This document shows, in pieces, positions 23,723-32,000 of a stretch of DNA of 32,000 bases. The position numbers and the translations under genes were made by a program. Each line of letters begins with the position of its first letter. The stretch's first letter is position 1. Origin of the DNA: Pyrodictium delaneyi (GTDB lineage: Archaea > Thermoproteota > Thermoprotei_A > Sulfolobales > Pyrodictiaceae); NCBI RefSeq assembly GCF_001412615.1, contig NZ_CP013011.1, forward strand, positions 1,290,001 to 1,322,000, in the 5' to 3' direction. The notes beneath the pieces were generated by a model. It was not told the DNA's origin. It saw only the letters and a list, made by a program, of their open reading frames with translations, and searched no databases.

Positions 23723-24964
23723 CTACCTCCACATAGTTGTTTTCGATAACAGAGCTTCAAGTTTCGAGCGGTTCTCCACGAGCCTCTGTAGCCTCCGGTG
23801 ATGGGCGCGCAGCGCCTTACGAACCGGGGAGGGGTAGTAGTCGAGCATGCTGCAGAAGGGCTCGAACACGGGGAGGCTGCAGATGTACCCGTTGAAGCCC
23901 TGCCAGGAGCCGTCTCCGCCCTGTTCGAGCCAGTAGACGTACTCGTGGAGTGTAGGCCGTACCAGTACCGGCTCCTCGACGGCGAGCCATTCCAGGCAAC
24001 AGCTACGGCCTGGTCTGTACCAGTGCGCTAGCCGGGGCAGTAGAGCGTCCTTGCACGGCGCGTAGACGGCGCCGTAGCGCTGGGCCAGGGCCTCCAGCGC
24101 CATGTGCATCCTCTCTCGCCACGCGGGCCCAGGGTGTAGTAGTGGTTCTCGGCCTGGCTCCTCGCCTAGCTGGTAGCCCTCCCACCCGGCGCTGGGCACC
24201 CCTGCGCCGAGGAGCTTGTAGAGCGCCTCGAGGCCCCTCTGGGTCTCTCGCAGTGGCTCGGCTATGAGCCCCCGGGCGCCCCTCTCGAGGGCCTCAGTAG
24301 CTGCGCGTAGGTGCCACTCCTCAAGCCCGGGCACCAGGGGCTGGACACGGACGACGACCGGCACGCCGTGCCTGGCGAGGGCCTCTATGGAGTCGAGCCT
24401 CCTGCTCGGGGGCGGCGCCCCGGGCTCGAGGAGCTGAGCAGGTCCTTCGGGGAGCCCCAAGGTCACTTGCACCAGGACGAGCCGGTGCTCGGCCAGGGAG
24501 AGCAGAAGCGCGAAGACCTCGGGGTCGCCGGCTACGTCACCCCTCGTGTTGAGCACTAGGGGCACCCTGTAGCGGAGCGCGGTACGCAGCAACGCCTTCA
24601 CTACGCCTGGTACGGCGCCGCCCCGCTGCTGGAGAGGATCCGAGAGCGTAGCCAGCCGGAACACCGGCCGGGGTAGCTCTTGCATCCTCCTGGCAATCTT
24701 CTCGAAGACCCTGGGGAGCCAGGGCTTAGCCCAGGGCGGCCCGGCGCCGCGGTACCAGCGCGCGTAGCAGTATGTGCAGCCGAAGCTGCAGCCAGTGAAG
24801 GGCTCTAGCCGGAGCACAGAGTAGCAGAGCGACGAGATGTAGCTGCTAGGCTTTATCCCCAGCTCCATCCACTCGACCACGTAGGGTACCCCGTCGCACC
24901 TCTTATAGAGCAGATACGGCTTTCTATAGGCTGGGGAGACTGGGGCTGGTTCTCTGTGCAACAA
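23723..24964 (-). CDS. Radical SAM protein, SplB/'DNA repair photolyase'-like (COG1533-type)
   Basis: It has a canonical CxxxCxxC in FTGCSFGCTYCYARWY near the N-terminus and a 413-aa body. The track start is TTG 24964, which overlaps the divergent atpH start by 9 nt. ATG 24868 (MELGIK..) is an alternative. Confidence 0.65.
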   Translation of the reverse strand: MLHREPAPVSPAYRKPYLLYKRCDGVPYVVEWMELGIKPSSYISSLCYSVLRLEPFTGCSFGCTYCYARWYRGAGPPWAKPWLPRVFEKIARRMQELPRPVFRLATLSDPLQQRGGAVPGVVKALLRTALRYRVPLVLNTRGDVAGDPEVFALLLSLAEHRLVLVQVTLGLPEGPAQLLEPGAPPPSRRLDSIEALARHGVPVVVRVQPLVPGLEEWHLRAATEALERGARGLIAEPLRETQRGLEALYKLLGAGVPSAGWEGYQLGEEPGREPLLHPGPAWRERMHMALEALAQRYGAVYAPCKDALLPRLAHWYRPGRSCCLEWLAVEEPVLVRPTLHEYVYWLEQGGDGSWQGFNGYICSLPVFEPFCSMLDYYPSPVRKALRAHHRRLQRLVENRSKLEALLSKTTMWR

Positions 24965-25288
24965 TCAGAGTTCGAGAAAGACGTAGAGACCATTGCAGAG
25001 CTAGACAGGGCGGTAGCGCGTATCCGTGAAGCCCGCAGTGAGCTCGAGAAAAGAGCCATTTCGGAGGCACACCGCATCGGGAGGACGATGTATAGGAGGA
25101 TTGTGGAGGAGGCTAGGAGATTCCTAGAGGACTGGGCTCTAGAGGAGGTAAGGAGGCACCAGCAGCAGCTAGAGGAGCGTAGAACGACTCTATCTAGGCG
25201 CATAGAGGAGATGAAGAGGAGAGCCGAAGCACGGCTCGAAGAAGCTGCGCGCCTGATAGTCCGGGAGACCACGGGCATAGAGGTCTAG
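24956..25288 (+). CDS. atpH: A/V-type ATP synthase peripheral-stalk subunit H-like (coiled coil)
   Basis: 110 aa, highly charged and all-helical (EARSELEKRAISEAHRIGR..EERRTTLSRRIEEMKRRAEARLEEAARLI). It ends 4 nt before atpC. Assignment is by composition and context. Confidence 0.55.
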   Translation: MQQSEFEKDVETIAELDRAVARIREARSELEKRAISEAHRIGRTMYRRIVEEARRFLEDWALEEVRRHQQQLEERRTTLSRRIEEMKRRAEARLEEAARLIVRETTGIEV

Positions 25289-25292
25289 GAGC

Positions 25293-26318
25293 GTGTTTAG
25301 CTGCAGCGAGACGGACCTCGTTACTATCTACTCGGTGTGCGCGCCCCGGGTAGCTGGGGTAAGGTCGCGTCTACTCACCGTAGACGAGATAACGTTCCTA
25401 GAAGCATCTACATCGTTTAGGGATCTCCTACGGCGTCTCCAGTCTACACGTTACGGCGAGTACATTAGAAGAGAAGAGCCCAGCAACTGCAGCGAGCTAG
25501 CCTTCGCTCTCCGCACCCCATTAGTCATGGCCTACAAGAGCTTTAGGAGGATAGTCCCCGGCTACGCGCTCCCCGTCCTCGACGGGTACATGGAGAGCCA
25601 CATTGCACGTAATGTGAGGCTATACTTCAAGTACACCTATACAAGTGATGAATCTGCTCTAAGGCATATAGACGCGAGGATAGAAGCCATTCAAGGATAC
25701 ACCGAGCTGCTGGGCGTATACCTCTCTAGGGGCTCTAGGCGAGACCTAGTAGAGGCCCTACACCGTGCCGGGCTCAGCGACTACTCAGTACGCATCAGGA
25801 CGCTGGAGCCCCTCTTAGAGAAGCGTAGAGGACCCCTAGCTCTCGTCGACATAGTCGTCGAGGCTCTTAGCCTTTCTAGGCTCCTCTATAGAGCTGGCGG
25901 GCTCCCAGTAGATGAGAGGACGAGGCTAGAGAGTCTCCTAGGAATAGAGGCGATAAAGTTCGTATCACTGACTATGGCTCGTGCTACTAGGCTAGGCTTA
26001 GACATGGGGTACGTATCGACACTAATACCAGAACCTATCGGAACCATGTTGCTACTGTATTCGGAAAAACCTCTCGCTCTCTGCCGCAAGCTCCAGGTGC
26101 CCTCAACTCTCTGTAAGCCAGAGAGCCCCGGGGAGCTAGCTAGCAGGCTGTACAGCTATACCTGGAGGATAGCCTGGAGAACCAGCCTGTGGAATCAATT
26201 CAGCCTAGCTGGCATACTTGCAGCGCTGAAGCTGCTAGAGCTTGAGGTACAAAAGCTCTACAGTATTTGCATGAAGACCGTTGCGCGTGAGTATGGCTAC
26301 AACTTGCTAGCTCGTTAG
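25293..26318 (+). CDS. atpC: A/V-type ATP synthase subunit C (V0 d-like)
   Basis: 341 aa. The N-terminal YSVCAPRVAGVRSRLLTVDEI matches the Y..l.aRvra..srLL opening of subunit C. The body is all-helical. GTG start. Confidence 0.75.
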   Translation: MFSCSETDLVTIYSVCAPRVAGVRSRLLTVDEITFLEASTSFRDLLRRLQSTRYGEYIRREEPSNCSELAFALRTPLVMAYKSFRRIVPGYALPVLDGYMESHIARNVRLYFKYTYTSDESALRHIDARIEAIQGYTELLGVYLSRGSRRDLVEALHRAGLSDYSVRIRTLEPLLEKRRGPLALVDIVVEALSLSRLLYRAGGLPVDERTRLESLLGIEAIKFVSLTMARATRLGLDMGYVSTLIPEPIGTMLLLYSEKPLALCRKLQVPSTLCKPESPGELASRLYSYTWRIAWRTSLWNQFSLAGILAALKLLELEVQKLYSICMKTVAREYGYNLLAR

Positions 26319-26687
26319 GATAAGGAACGCTATAGCTATACCGTATATGGCTAGGGCCTCGGCTAGTGCTGTAAGTATGAGCCCCCATACGCGTAACTCG
26401 GGCTTCTCGACCATAGCGCTTATCGAGGCAGAACCTACGAGTGCTATACCTATAGCAGCGCCTAGTACTGAAGTCGAGAATGCTAGCGAGGCTGCCAGGA
26501 CGGTAGCCATCTTTACTAGACCCGGCTCAGCCGCTTCTCCGCCCGCCCCCTCAGCCGCTATAGCGGTCTCTATGAGTGGACGAGTGATGAAGAACAATAG
26601 TGTAGTCAGGAGAGCTGCTACCAGGACGAGCGCGAAGCCAGCGTAGGCGGCGGCTGTAGGGAGACTAGGGGCGTGTGTACTAGACAC
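26307..26687 (-). CDS. atpK: A/V-type ATP synthase proteolipid subunit K/c, with an N-terminal extension
   Basis: The C-terminal 66 aa form a canonical hairpin (GAAIGIALVGSASISAMVEKPE...LAEALAIYGIAIAFLI, with the essential Glu). GTG 26687 adds about 59 aa containing one more hydrophobic helix. The alternative start is ATG 26510. Confidence 0.85.
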   Translation of the reverse strand: MSSTHAPSLPTAAAYAGFALVLVAALLTTLLFFITRPLIETAIAAEGAGGEAAEPGLVKMATVLAASLAFSTSVLGAAIGIALVGSASISAMVEKPELRVWGLILTALAEALAIYGIAIAFLILTS

Positions 26688-26701
26688 TATTAGCCACCAT
26701 T

Positions 26702-26863
26702 TTAAGCAGTAATTCTTCCCCTAATATTCCTCACTTTCCGGGAAAACTCCTCCACTAGTCGAGACCAGGTTTCCTCGGCCTCGCTAGTATACTCCCTGAT
26801 GATCCGCTCTACCAGCCTGTGCAGTTCCTCCTGTAGACGTTTATACCCATTATACTCGCTCAT
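26702..26863 (-). CDS. Unlisted 53-codon ORF between atpD and atpK; candidate small ATPase-associated subunit
   Basis: Hand-translated codon by codon: MSEYNGYKRLQEELHRLVERIIREYTSEAEETWSRLVEEFSRKVRNIRGRITA*. The ATG overlaps the atpD 3' end by 14 nt, and the stop is 14 nt before the atpK GTG. It is charged and helical. It falls below the 60-aa cutoff of the ORF track. Confidence 0.45.
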   Translation of the reverse strand: MSEYNGYKRLQEELHRLVERIIREYTSEAEETWSRLVEEFSRKVRNIRGRITA

Positions 26864-27467
26864 TGCTTCGAGCCCCAAGTATATCCTTGAGCACGAGTTT
26901 TATTGTAACCTCGTAACGCTCGTAATCGTCGAGCATCTCTTCAAGGTACTTTACTCGCCGCATCATCCTGGGTATATGTATGTGTTCAAGGATATTGAGT
27001 ATTCTCTGGTAGAAGGCTAGCAACTCTATATCACGGAGCAGAGTCTGCTCTACACTAGCTAGCTCCACCAAGGCGTTATGTAGTCTACAGAGTCCCTCGA
27101 CAACATCATCCAGTACTGGCCACGTAGCTGTAAGACTGTAGGAAGGTACGTCACTAATTCTGCATACACCCTCCCCCTTGTACCGGGGAACACCATAACG
27201 TATATGCTCCCTCAACACTATGAATGATGAGCCTGGTTGTGCACCGACAATCTCGCCGGGGCTGGACTCCCCATACGCCAAGAGGTAGAGCTGGTAGAGA
27301 TCCCTGAGCTTATGTTCTATAATGCTGCGTTTTTCCTCTAGCTCCCTTATCGAAGTCATTATCTCGCTTAGTAGTGCATCTCTAATCCTCTTAACTACCT
27401 CGTATGCCCTCCTGTAATACTCTAGTTGCCGGCGAGCTGTTAGCAGCTCGGATCGATTGATACCCAT
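26850..27467 (-). CDS. atpD: A/V-type ATP synthase subunit D (central stalk)
   Basis: The N-terminus NRSELLTARRQLEYYRRAYEVVKRIRDALLSEI matches the subunit D opening (ptr.eLl.lk.rl.lA.rGh.lLkdKrdaL). 205 aa, directly after atpB. Confidence 0.85.
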   Translation of the reverse strand: MGINRSELLTARRQLEYYRRAYEVVKRIRDALLSEIMTSIRELEEKRSIIEHKLRDLYQLYLLAYGESSPGEIVGAQPGSSFIVLREHIRYGVPRYKGEGVCRISDVPSYSLTATWPVLDDVVEGLCRLHNALVELASVEQTLLRDIELLAFYQRILNILEHIHIPRMMRRVKYLEEMLDDYERYEVTIKLVLKDILGARSNERV

Positions 27468-27471
27468 TCCT

Positions 27472-28866
27472 CTAGCCCACCGCCTTCATATACTTCGATA
27501 CCAGCTCGTCCGGTATACGTGTTAGCTCGCTTTCTGGTAGTATTGATAGTACTTCCCAGGCGATGTCGAGGGTCTCCTCTATGCTGCGGTTCTCGTAGAA
27601 GTCCTGCTTGAGGAAGCGCTGCTCGAAAGCCTCAGCAAACCGCAGGTACTTCTTCTCGTCGGGGCCGAGGGCTGCTTCGCCTATTATCATGGCTAGGCTA
27701 CGTACCTCCATAGCGCGGCTATAGGCTGCATGGAGCTGGTCAGCTACCGCTTGGTGGTCTTCTCTGGTTTTTCCGGGGCCGATACCCTCCTTCATCAGCC
27801 TCGATAGGCTCATTAGCACGTTTATCGGCGGGTAGATACCACGGTTATAGAGCTCACGGCTAAGCACAATCTGGCCCTCAGTAATATAGCCTGTAAGGTC
27901 GGGAATCGGGTGAGTAATATCATCGTTAGGCATCGTGAGTATAGGCATCTGAGTAATACTACCCTTCCGTCCACGTATCCTGCCAGCGCGCTCGTAAATA
28001 CTCGCAAGATCACTATACATGTAGCCAGGGTAGCCTCGCCGACCACCTACCTCACGGCGCATAGCGCTTACCTCTTTTAGAGCCTCGCAGTAGTTAGTCA
28101 TATCAGTCAGTATTACTAGCACGTGCATGTCGTGGTTGAACGCTAGGTGCTCTGCTACTGTTAGTGCTATACGCGGCGTTACTAGCCTCTCTGCAGCAGG
28201 GTCACTTGCAAGATTAATGAAGAGTACCGCCCGGTCTAGGGCGCCGCTTTTCTCGAACTCTTCACGGAAGTAGAGAGCCTCGTCATGTTTTACACCTATA
28301 GCTGCAAAGACTATTGCAAAATCCTCTGCCTCCCCGGGCACAGTTGCTTGGCGGGCTATCTGCACGGCTAGCTTGTTGTGCGGCAGGCCAGCGCCGCTAA
28401 AGATTGGCAGCTTCTGGCCACGCACCATCGTGTTCATGCCGTCTATAGCGGATACACCCGTCTGGATGAAGTCGCGTGGAAACTCCCTCATGTACGGGTT
28501 CAAGGGATAGCCGTTGATGTCTAACGTATCCTCTGGGGAGGGTGGAGGAGCGCCGTCGATTGGCTCTCCAACGCCGTTGAATATACGGCCGAGCATGTCG
28601 ATTGATACTGGGTAAGTATAGGCGCTGCCAAGGAACCGTGCTGTAGTCGCTCCAGTAGAGAGGCCATGTGTCTCGCCGAATACTTGTACGACGGCGAAGC
28701 CTCTGCCAACCTCTATTACCCTTCCTAGCCTCCGGTTGCCGCTGTCGTCCTCTACTTCTACTAGCTCGTTGTATGCTACACCGTGGACTCTTTCAACTAC
28801 CATTAGGGGGCCACGTATCCTCCTAATGCTCTTATACTCGCGTATACCGTGGCTACTCCTACTCAC
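27472..28866 (-). CDS. atpB: A/V-type ATP synthase subunit B
   Basis: 464 aa. It has typical regulatory-subunit sequence ([81 protein letters not shown]). Confidence 0.95.
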   Translation of the reverse strand: MSRSSHGIREYKSIRRIRGPLMVVERVHGVAYNELVEVEDDSGNRRLGRVIEVGRGFAVVQVFGETHGLSTGATTARFLGSAYTYPVSIDMLGRIFNGVGEPIDGAPPPSPEDTLDINGYPLNPYMREFPRDFIQTGVSAIDGMNTMVRGQKLPIFSGAGLPHNKLAVQIARQATVPGEAEDFAIVFAAIGVKHDEALYFREEFEKSGALDRAVLFINLASDPAAERLVTPRIALTVAEHLAFNHDMHVLVILTDMTNYCEALKEVSAMRREVGGRRGYPGYMYSDLASIYERAGRIRGRKGSITQMPILTMPNDDITHPIPDLTGYITEGQIVLSRELYNRGIYPPINVLMSLSRLMKEGIGPGKTREDHQAVADQLHAAYSRAMEVRSLAMIIGEAALGPDEKKYLRFAEAFEQRFLKQDFYENRSIEETLDIAWEVLSILPESELTRIPDELVSKYMKAVG

Positions 28867-30644
28867 GGCGTTGCCACCTTCAGCTTCTCTATCTCCTTTA
28901 CAACCTCCTCTGCGAGCTCGTCTATCTTGTCGAGCTCGTCATCCCTGACTTCACGTTTAAGCGTCACAATCCTCTTTGTCAGGGCGTGCTTCTTTAGCAT
29001 ATCAACTGTGAGGCTTGGATTCTCCCTTAGCGCTGCGCGAGCTGCATCATAGAACTCTAGTATAATGCTGAGAAGCTTCACCTGCTTCTCGGGCGACGAG
29101 AAAGCATCTACTGGATGGAAGGCGTTTTGCTGGAGGAACCCTTCCCGGAGCATCCATGCAGCTAGGAGTACGAGCTTATCCTCCTCCGAGAGCGCTTCTA
29201 CGCCTATGACCCTGGCTAGCTCCCTTATACTCGCCTCGCGCTGAAGAATCTCAAGTGCTCGGCTCCGGATTTCGCTCCAGCGTGGAGCTATGCGCTCCCA
29301 CCAGCCCTTAACCCTATCCACGTAAACCGAGTAGCTCAGCAGCCAATTTATAGCCGGGTAATGCCTGGAGTACGCTAGCTGTGTGTCTAGCGCCCAGAGA
29401 CTACCAACATACCTCAGGGTATGGCTAGTAACGGGCTCTGAATAGTCGCCGCCGGGTGGCGATACAGACCCTATAACTGTGAGGCTTCCCTCCCTCTGCG
29501 GCTTCCCGAGACACTCGACACGACCGGCACGCTCGTAGAACCCGGCTAGCCTCGAGGAGAGGTATGCAGGATACCCTTCCTCTCCCGGTATCTCCTCAAG
29601 TCTCGCACTAACCTCGCGTAGGGCTTCAGCCCAGCGGCTCGTAGAGTCAGCTGTGAGTAGTACGTGGTAGCCCATGTCGCGGTAGTACTCGGCTATGGTT
29701 ATGCCGGTGTATATGCTTGCCTCACGGGCTGCTACGGGCATGTTGCTAGTGTTAGCTATGAGCACTGTACGCTCCATCAAGGGTTTCCCGGTTGCAGGGT
29801 CCCTCAGCTTGGGGAATCGCTCGAGGAGCTCAGTCATCTCGTTGCCTCGCTCACCACAGCCTACATGCACCACTATGTCTACACGTGACCAAGAAGCTAG
29901 GGTCTGGAGCAAGACTGTCTTGCCAGTCCCGAACCCGCCGGGGATGGCAGCTGTACCGCCGAGTGCCACGGGGAAGAAGGTATCAATCACTCTGACGCCA
30001 GTTACAAGGGGGAGCGATGGCTGCTTCTTTGCACGGAAAGGTCTCGGCCTCCTAACAGGCCATCTATGTACAAGCTTTACCTCAAAACGTTTACCATTGT
30101 TCTCGACTACAGCTACTACGTCGTCTACCCTATAGTCACCCTCTACTGCAAGCTCCCGTAGTCTACCACGTACACCCGGTGGAATCATCACGTAGTGCCG
30201 TACAAGACTAGTCTCCTCTACTATACCCAGGATATCTCCTGCCCCGACACGGTCTCCTAGAGCTACATGCCTTGACGGGGTGAAGTGCCACCTCCGGTTC
30301 CTAGGAAGAGGCTCGACCCTTAATCCGCGCTTAATCCAGGGCCCCGAGAGCTGAGCGAGAAGCGGGAGAGGCCTCTGAACGCCATCAAATATCGTCGATA
30401 ATAGGCCTGGGCCTAGCTCTACACTGAACAATGCGCCAGTAAAGTAGGCGGGGTCGCCTGGTCTGAGCCCACTAGTATCCTCGTAGACCTGAACGACGGC
30501 CTCGCCGCCCTCGAGGGCGACTACCTCGCCTAGAAGCCTCTCCTCGCCAACCTCCGCTACCTCGTAGAGCCGGGCAGTTCTAGCACCCTCAACCCGTACC
30601 ACGGGGCCGCTAATCCACGTGATGACTCCCTTCACGGTTCTCAT
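28863..30644 (-). CDS. atpA: A/V-type ATP synthase catalytic subunit A
   Basis: 593 aa. P-loop GGFGTGKT, plus [28 protein letters not shown], and the non-homologous insert typical of A subunits. No intein. It has 4-nt overlaps with atpE and atpB. Confidence 0.95.
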   Translation of the reverse strand: MRTVKGVITWISGPVVRVEGARTARLYEVAEVGEERLLGEVVALEGGEAVVQVYEDTSGLRPGDPAYFTGALFSVELGPGLLSTIFDGVQRPLPLLAQLSGPWIKRGLRVEPLPRNRRWHFTPSRHVALGDRVGAGDILGIVEETSLVRHYVMIPPGVRGRLRELAVEGDYRVDDVVAVVENNGKRFEVKLVHRWPVRRPRPFRAKKQPSLPLVTGVRVIDTFFPVALGGTAAIPGGFGTGKTVLLQTLASWSRVDIVVHVGCGERGNEMTELLERFPKLRDPATGKPLMERTVLIANTSNMPVAAREASIYTGITIAEYYRDMGYHVLLTADSTSRWAEALREVSARLEEIPGEEGYPAYLSSRLAGFYERAGRVECLGKPQREGSLTVIGSVSPPGGDYSEPVTSHTLRYVGSLWALDTQLAYSRHYPAINWLLSYSVYVDRVKGWWERIAPRWSEIRSRALEILQREASIRELARVIGVEALSEEDKLVLLAAWMLREGFLQQNAFHPVDAFSSPEKQVKLLSIILEFYDAARAALRENPSLTVDMLKKHALTKRIVTLKREVRDDELDKIDELAEEVVKEIEKLKVATP

Positions 30645-31228
30645 CCGAAGAGGATACGATAGACCCGGGCACGTAGACGTGGAAGCGCCAGTCTTAGACG
30701 AGACTCAAACCTACAGTCATAGACCACCTTGCCGTCGACACTCCGCGCTACAAGCCCGAAGACCGTGTCAATGGGATCGCCTATACGTATCTCTACGCCT
30801 AGCCTGGAGGAGACGCGCCTAGCTATAGTAGCCAGTAGCTCGCTATCCTCGCTACGGGTAGAGACTACGACTACAGGCTCGCCTATAGCACTAACAGCCT
30901 CTTCTAGGAGGCGTTCAAGCGCTCTAGTGTAGGCCTCTGTACCGCGGAGGCTCTCTATGAGTTGCTGTGCCAGCCTAAGGGCTTTTTGGAAAACCTCTTC
31001 CCGGGCTCGGAGCTCCTCTGTACGTAGGAGCCTAGAGTACTTGGTATTGAGCGCGCCCTTTTCCTCCTCAACACGCTGAAGGATCGCCTCTCTTAGCCTC
31101 TCTACCTCGTGGAGCGCACGGCTGCGATAACTATCGATTATGCCATAGTACCGCTCACGTAAACCAGTGAGGTCTATACTGTCAGCTATGAGTCTGTCTA
31201 GGAGCTTGTCGAGATTATGGATTGTCAT
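30641..31228 (-). CDS. atpE: A/V-type ATP synthase subunit E (peripheral stalk)
   Basis: 195 aa. A long N-terminal helix is followed by a C-terminal globular part ending GLVARSVDGKVVYDCRFESRLRLALPRLRARVYRILF, as in subunit E. Confidence 0.8.
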   Translation of the reverse strand: MTIHNLDKLLDRLIADSIDLTGLRERYYGIIDSYRSRALHEVERLREAILQRVEEEKGALNTKYSRLLRTEELRAREEVFQKALRLAQQLIESLRGTEAYTRALERLLEEAVSAIGEPVVVVSTRSEDSELLATIARRVSSRLGVEIRIGDPIDTVFGLVARSVDGKVVYDCRFESRLRLALPRLRARVYRILFG

Positions 31229-31566
31229 GGGGATTCAGCCCCGCTGCCGGCTACGACTCTCCTAAACAACTCAAGGTAGTCTATGCCGGTCTTCCATGGG
31301 TTCCGTATACTCGGTATCTCGACGAGTAGTGGCTTCCTAAGCCGGGCCTTGAGCTCGAAGTACTTGTCGATATTCTCCTCGACTAGGTCGTAAGTGACGA
31401 CTATTAGGCCTACGTCCTCCCGGCCTACGTATTTGCCCAGAACGTCTAGCAGCTCGCTAGCTGAGGCTACGTGGCCGACGTAGCCGATGAGACGGAATAG
31501 GTTCACCGTCTCCTCGTCGCCAATGACTACTACCCGGTAGCCTCTACCATTACTAGTCCTATCCAT
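31225..31566 (-). CDS. atpF: A/V-type ATP synthase subunit F
   Basis: 113 aa. VVVIGDEETVNLFRLIGY and LIVVTYDLVE are typical of subunit F. It is the first gene of the minus-strand operon. Confidence 0.8.
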   Translation of the reverse strand: MDRTSNGRGYRVVVIGDEETVNLFRLIGYVGHVASASELLDVLGKYVGREDVGLIVVTYDLVEENIDKYFELKARLRKPLLVEIPSIRNPWKTGIDYLELFRRVVAGSGAESP

Positions 31567-31684
31567 AGCCCGGGAACACGCCCCACAGAAGGATAGAGGT
31601 CTTCTAACCGTTTAATAACTCCTATTAGGAGAGCGAGAAGCAATTCTAATGAATCCCAAACAACGCGTATAATGCTGGGAAGCC

Positions 31685-32000
31685 GTGGCCAGTGTAGTCC
31701 GCGTAATACTAGAAACCGATGTGAACCATGTGTACCGGTTGCTCGAGCTACTCGCGTCCTTAGAGGCGTTTGTGCCCCAACCACTCTCCCGCTACACCGA
31801 GCTACCAGAGCACATACGCAGGCTACGTGACCAAGTAGTAGAGCTTGCCGCGGGGCTACGCGAGCTGATTGAGCGATATTCTAGCCTCCTCGGGGAGAGC
31901 GAGGAGAAGCTAGTAGTAAGGGGTGAAACGCTCAAAAACGTCATCGAGGAGGCGCTGGCCGGTGCTAGAAAGCTCCTTGAAGAGATCCAGGAGCTCGAAG
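31685..32000 (+). CDS. atpI: A/V-type ATP synthase subunit I (a-subunit), N-terminal fragment continuing past the window
   Basis: The frame is open from 31673 to the window end, with GTG at 31685. My translation is (M)ASVVRVILETDVNHVYRLLELLASLEAFVPQPLSRYTELPEHIRRLRDQVVELAAGLRELIERYSSLLGESEEKLVVRGETLKNVIEEALAGARKLLEEIQELE. This fits the cytoplasmic N-terminal domain of subunit I. It is divergent from atpF. It is missing from the ORF track because it is truncated. Confidence 0.6.
   Translation, partial: MASVVRVILETDVNHVYRLLELLASLEAFVPQPLSRYTELPEHIRRLRDQVVELAAGLRELIERYSSLLGESEEKLVVRGETLKNVIEEALAGARKLLEEIQELE

Noticed and set aside
24853-25278. 141-aa minus-strand ORF antisense to atpH
   Set aside because: It is the Ser/Arg/Leu-rich mirror of a Glu/Arg/Ala-rich coiled-coil gene, a classic antisense artefact.
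29664-30135. Plus-strand ORFs inside atpA (29664..29888, 29695..30135, 29792..29995), and similar ORFs inside atpB and atpE
   Set aside because: They are antisense to unambiguous ATPase genes and have no motifs.
30618-30624. C-box-like GTGATGA (also ATGATGA at 27222..27228, and GTGATGA on the minus strand at 8348..8354) as possible C/D box sRNAs
   Set aside because: No CTGA D/D' boxes occur at the required 12-nt guide spacing, there are no terminal stem complements, and all three sit inside coding sequence. I found no convincing C/D sRNA in the intergenic regions I scanned by eye.
31530-31784. 84-aa minus-strand ORF overlapping the atpF 5' end and the atpF/atpI divergent region
   Set aside because: It overlaps the atpF start and the better-supported atpI N-terminus on the other strand. 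The translation is Arg/Gly/Leu-rich.
1-32000. Search for tRNA, rRNA, CRISPR repeats, IS elements and integrases
   Set aside because: I saw no T-loop (GGTTCRAATCC-like) or acceptor-stem patterns, no regularly spaced direct repeats, and no transposase- or integrase-like ORFs. A by-eye scan could miss short or degenerate elements, so tRNAscan/Infernal/CRISPR finders should confirm.

Overview
The window looks like a chromosomal segment of a GC-rich hyperthermophilic crenarchaeon. The Desulfurococcales/Aeropyrum-like assignment rests on ATA/CTA/AGG-rich codon usage and the presence of a Cdv division system; it is an inference, not a database hit. Coding density is high and most genes are housekeeping. 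No rRNA, tRNA, CRISPR array, transposase or integrase was seen.

Modules I can support from the sequence:
- A truncated SF2 DECH-box helicase next to a TIM-barrel gene.
- A quinol-type nitric oxide reductase (qNOR) divergent from a Cys-rich HTH regulator.
- The ESCRT-like division genes cdvA and cdvB, with cdvC/vps4 displaced about 3 kb downstream by four unrelated genes.
- A compact lipoate-assembly locus. An LplA-type ligase is overlapped by a radical-SAM-fold gene with a degenerate cluster motif, and both are divergent from a translationally coupled pair of BioB-like radical SAM genes (LipS1/LipS2-type).
- A low-GC islet carrying an RHH-like orphan gene.
- An A/V-type ATPase cluster split over both strands (H-C on +; F-E-A-B-D-K on -; I on +). 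It includes a 53-codon ORF between atpD and atpK that is below the ORF-track length cutoff.

The most interesting items are the four-gene lipoate locus with its non-canonical radical-SAM member, the candidate NO-sensing regulator next to qNOR, the small ATPase-operon ORF, and the long structured cdvA-cdvB spacer. All functional calls come from by-eye motif recognition and need profile searches to confirm.
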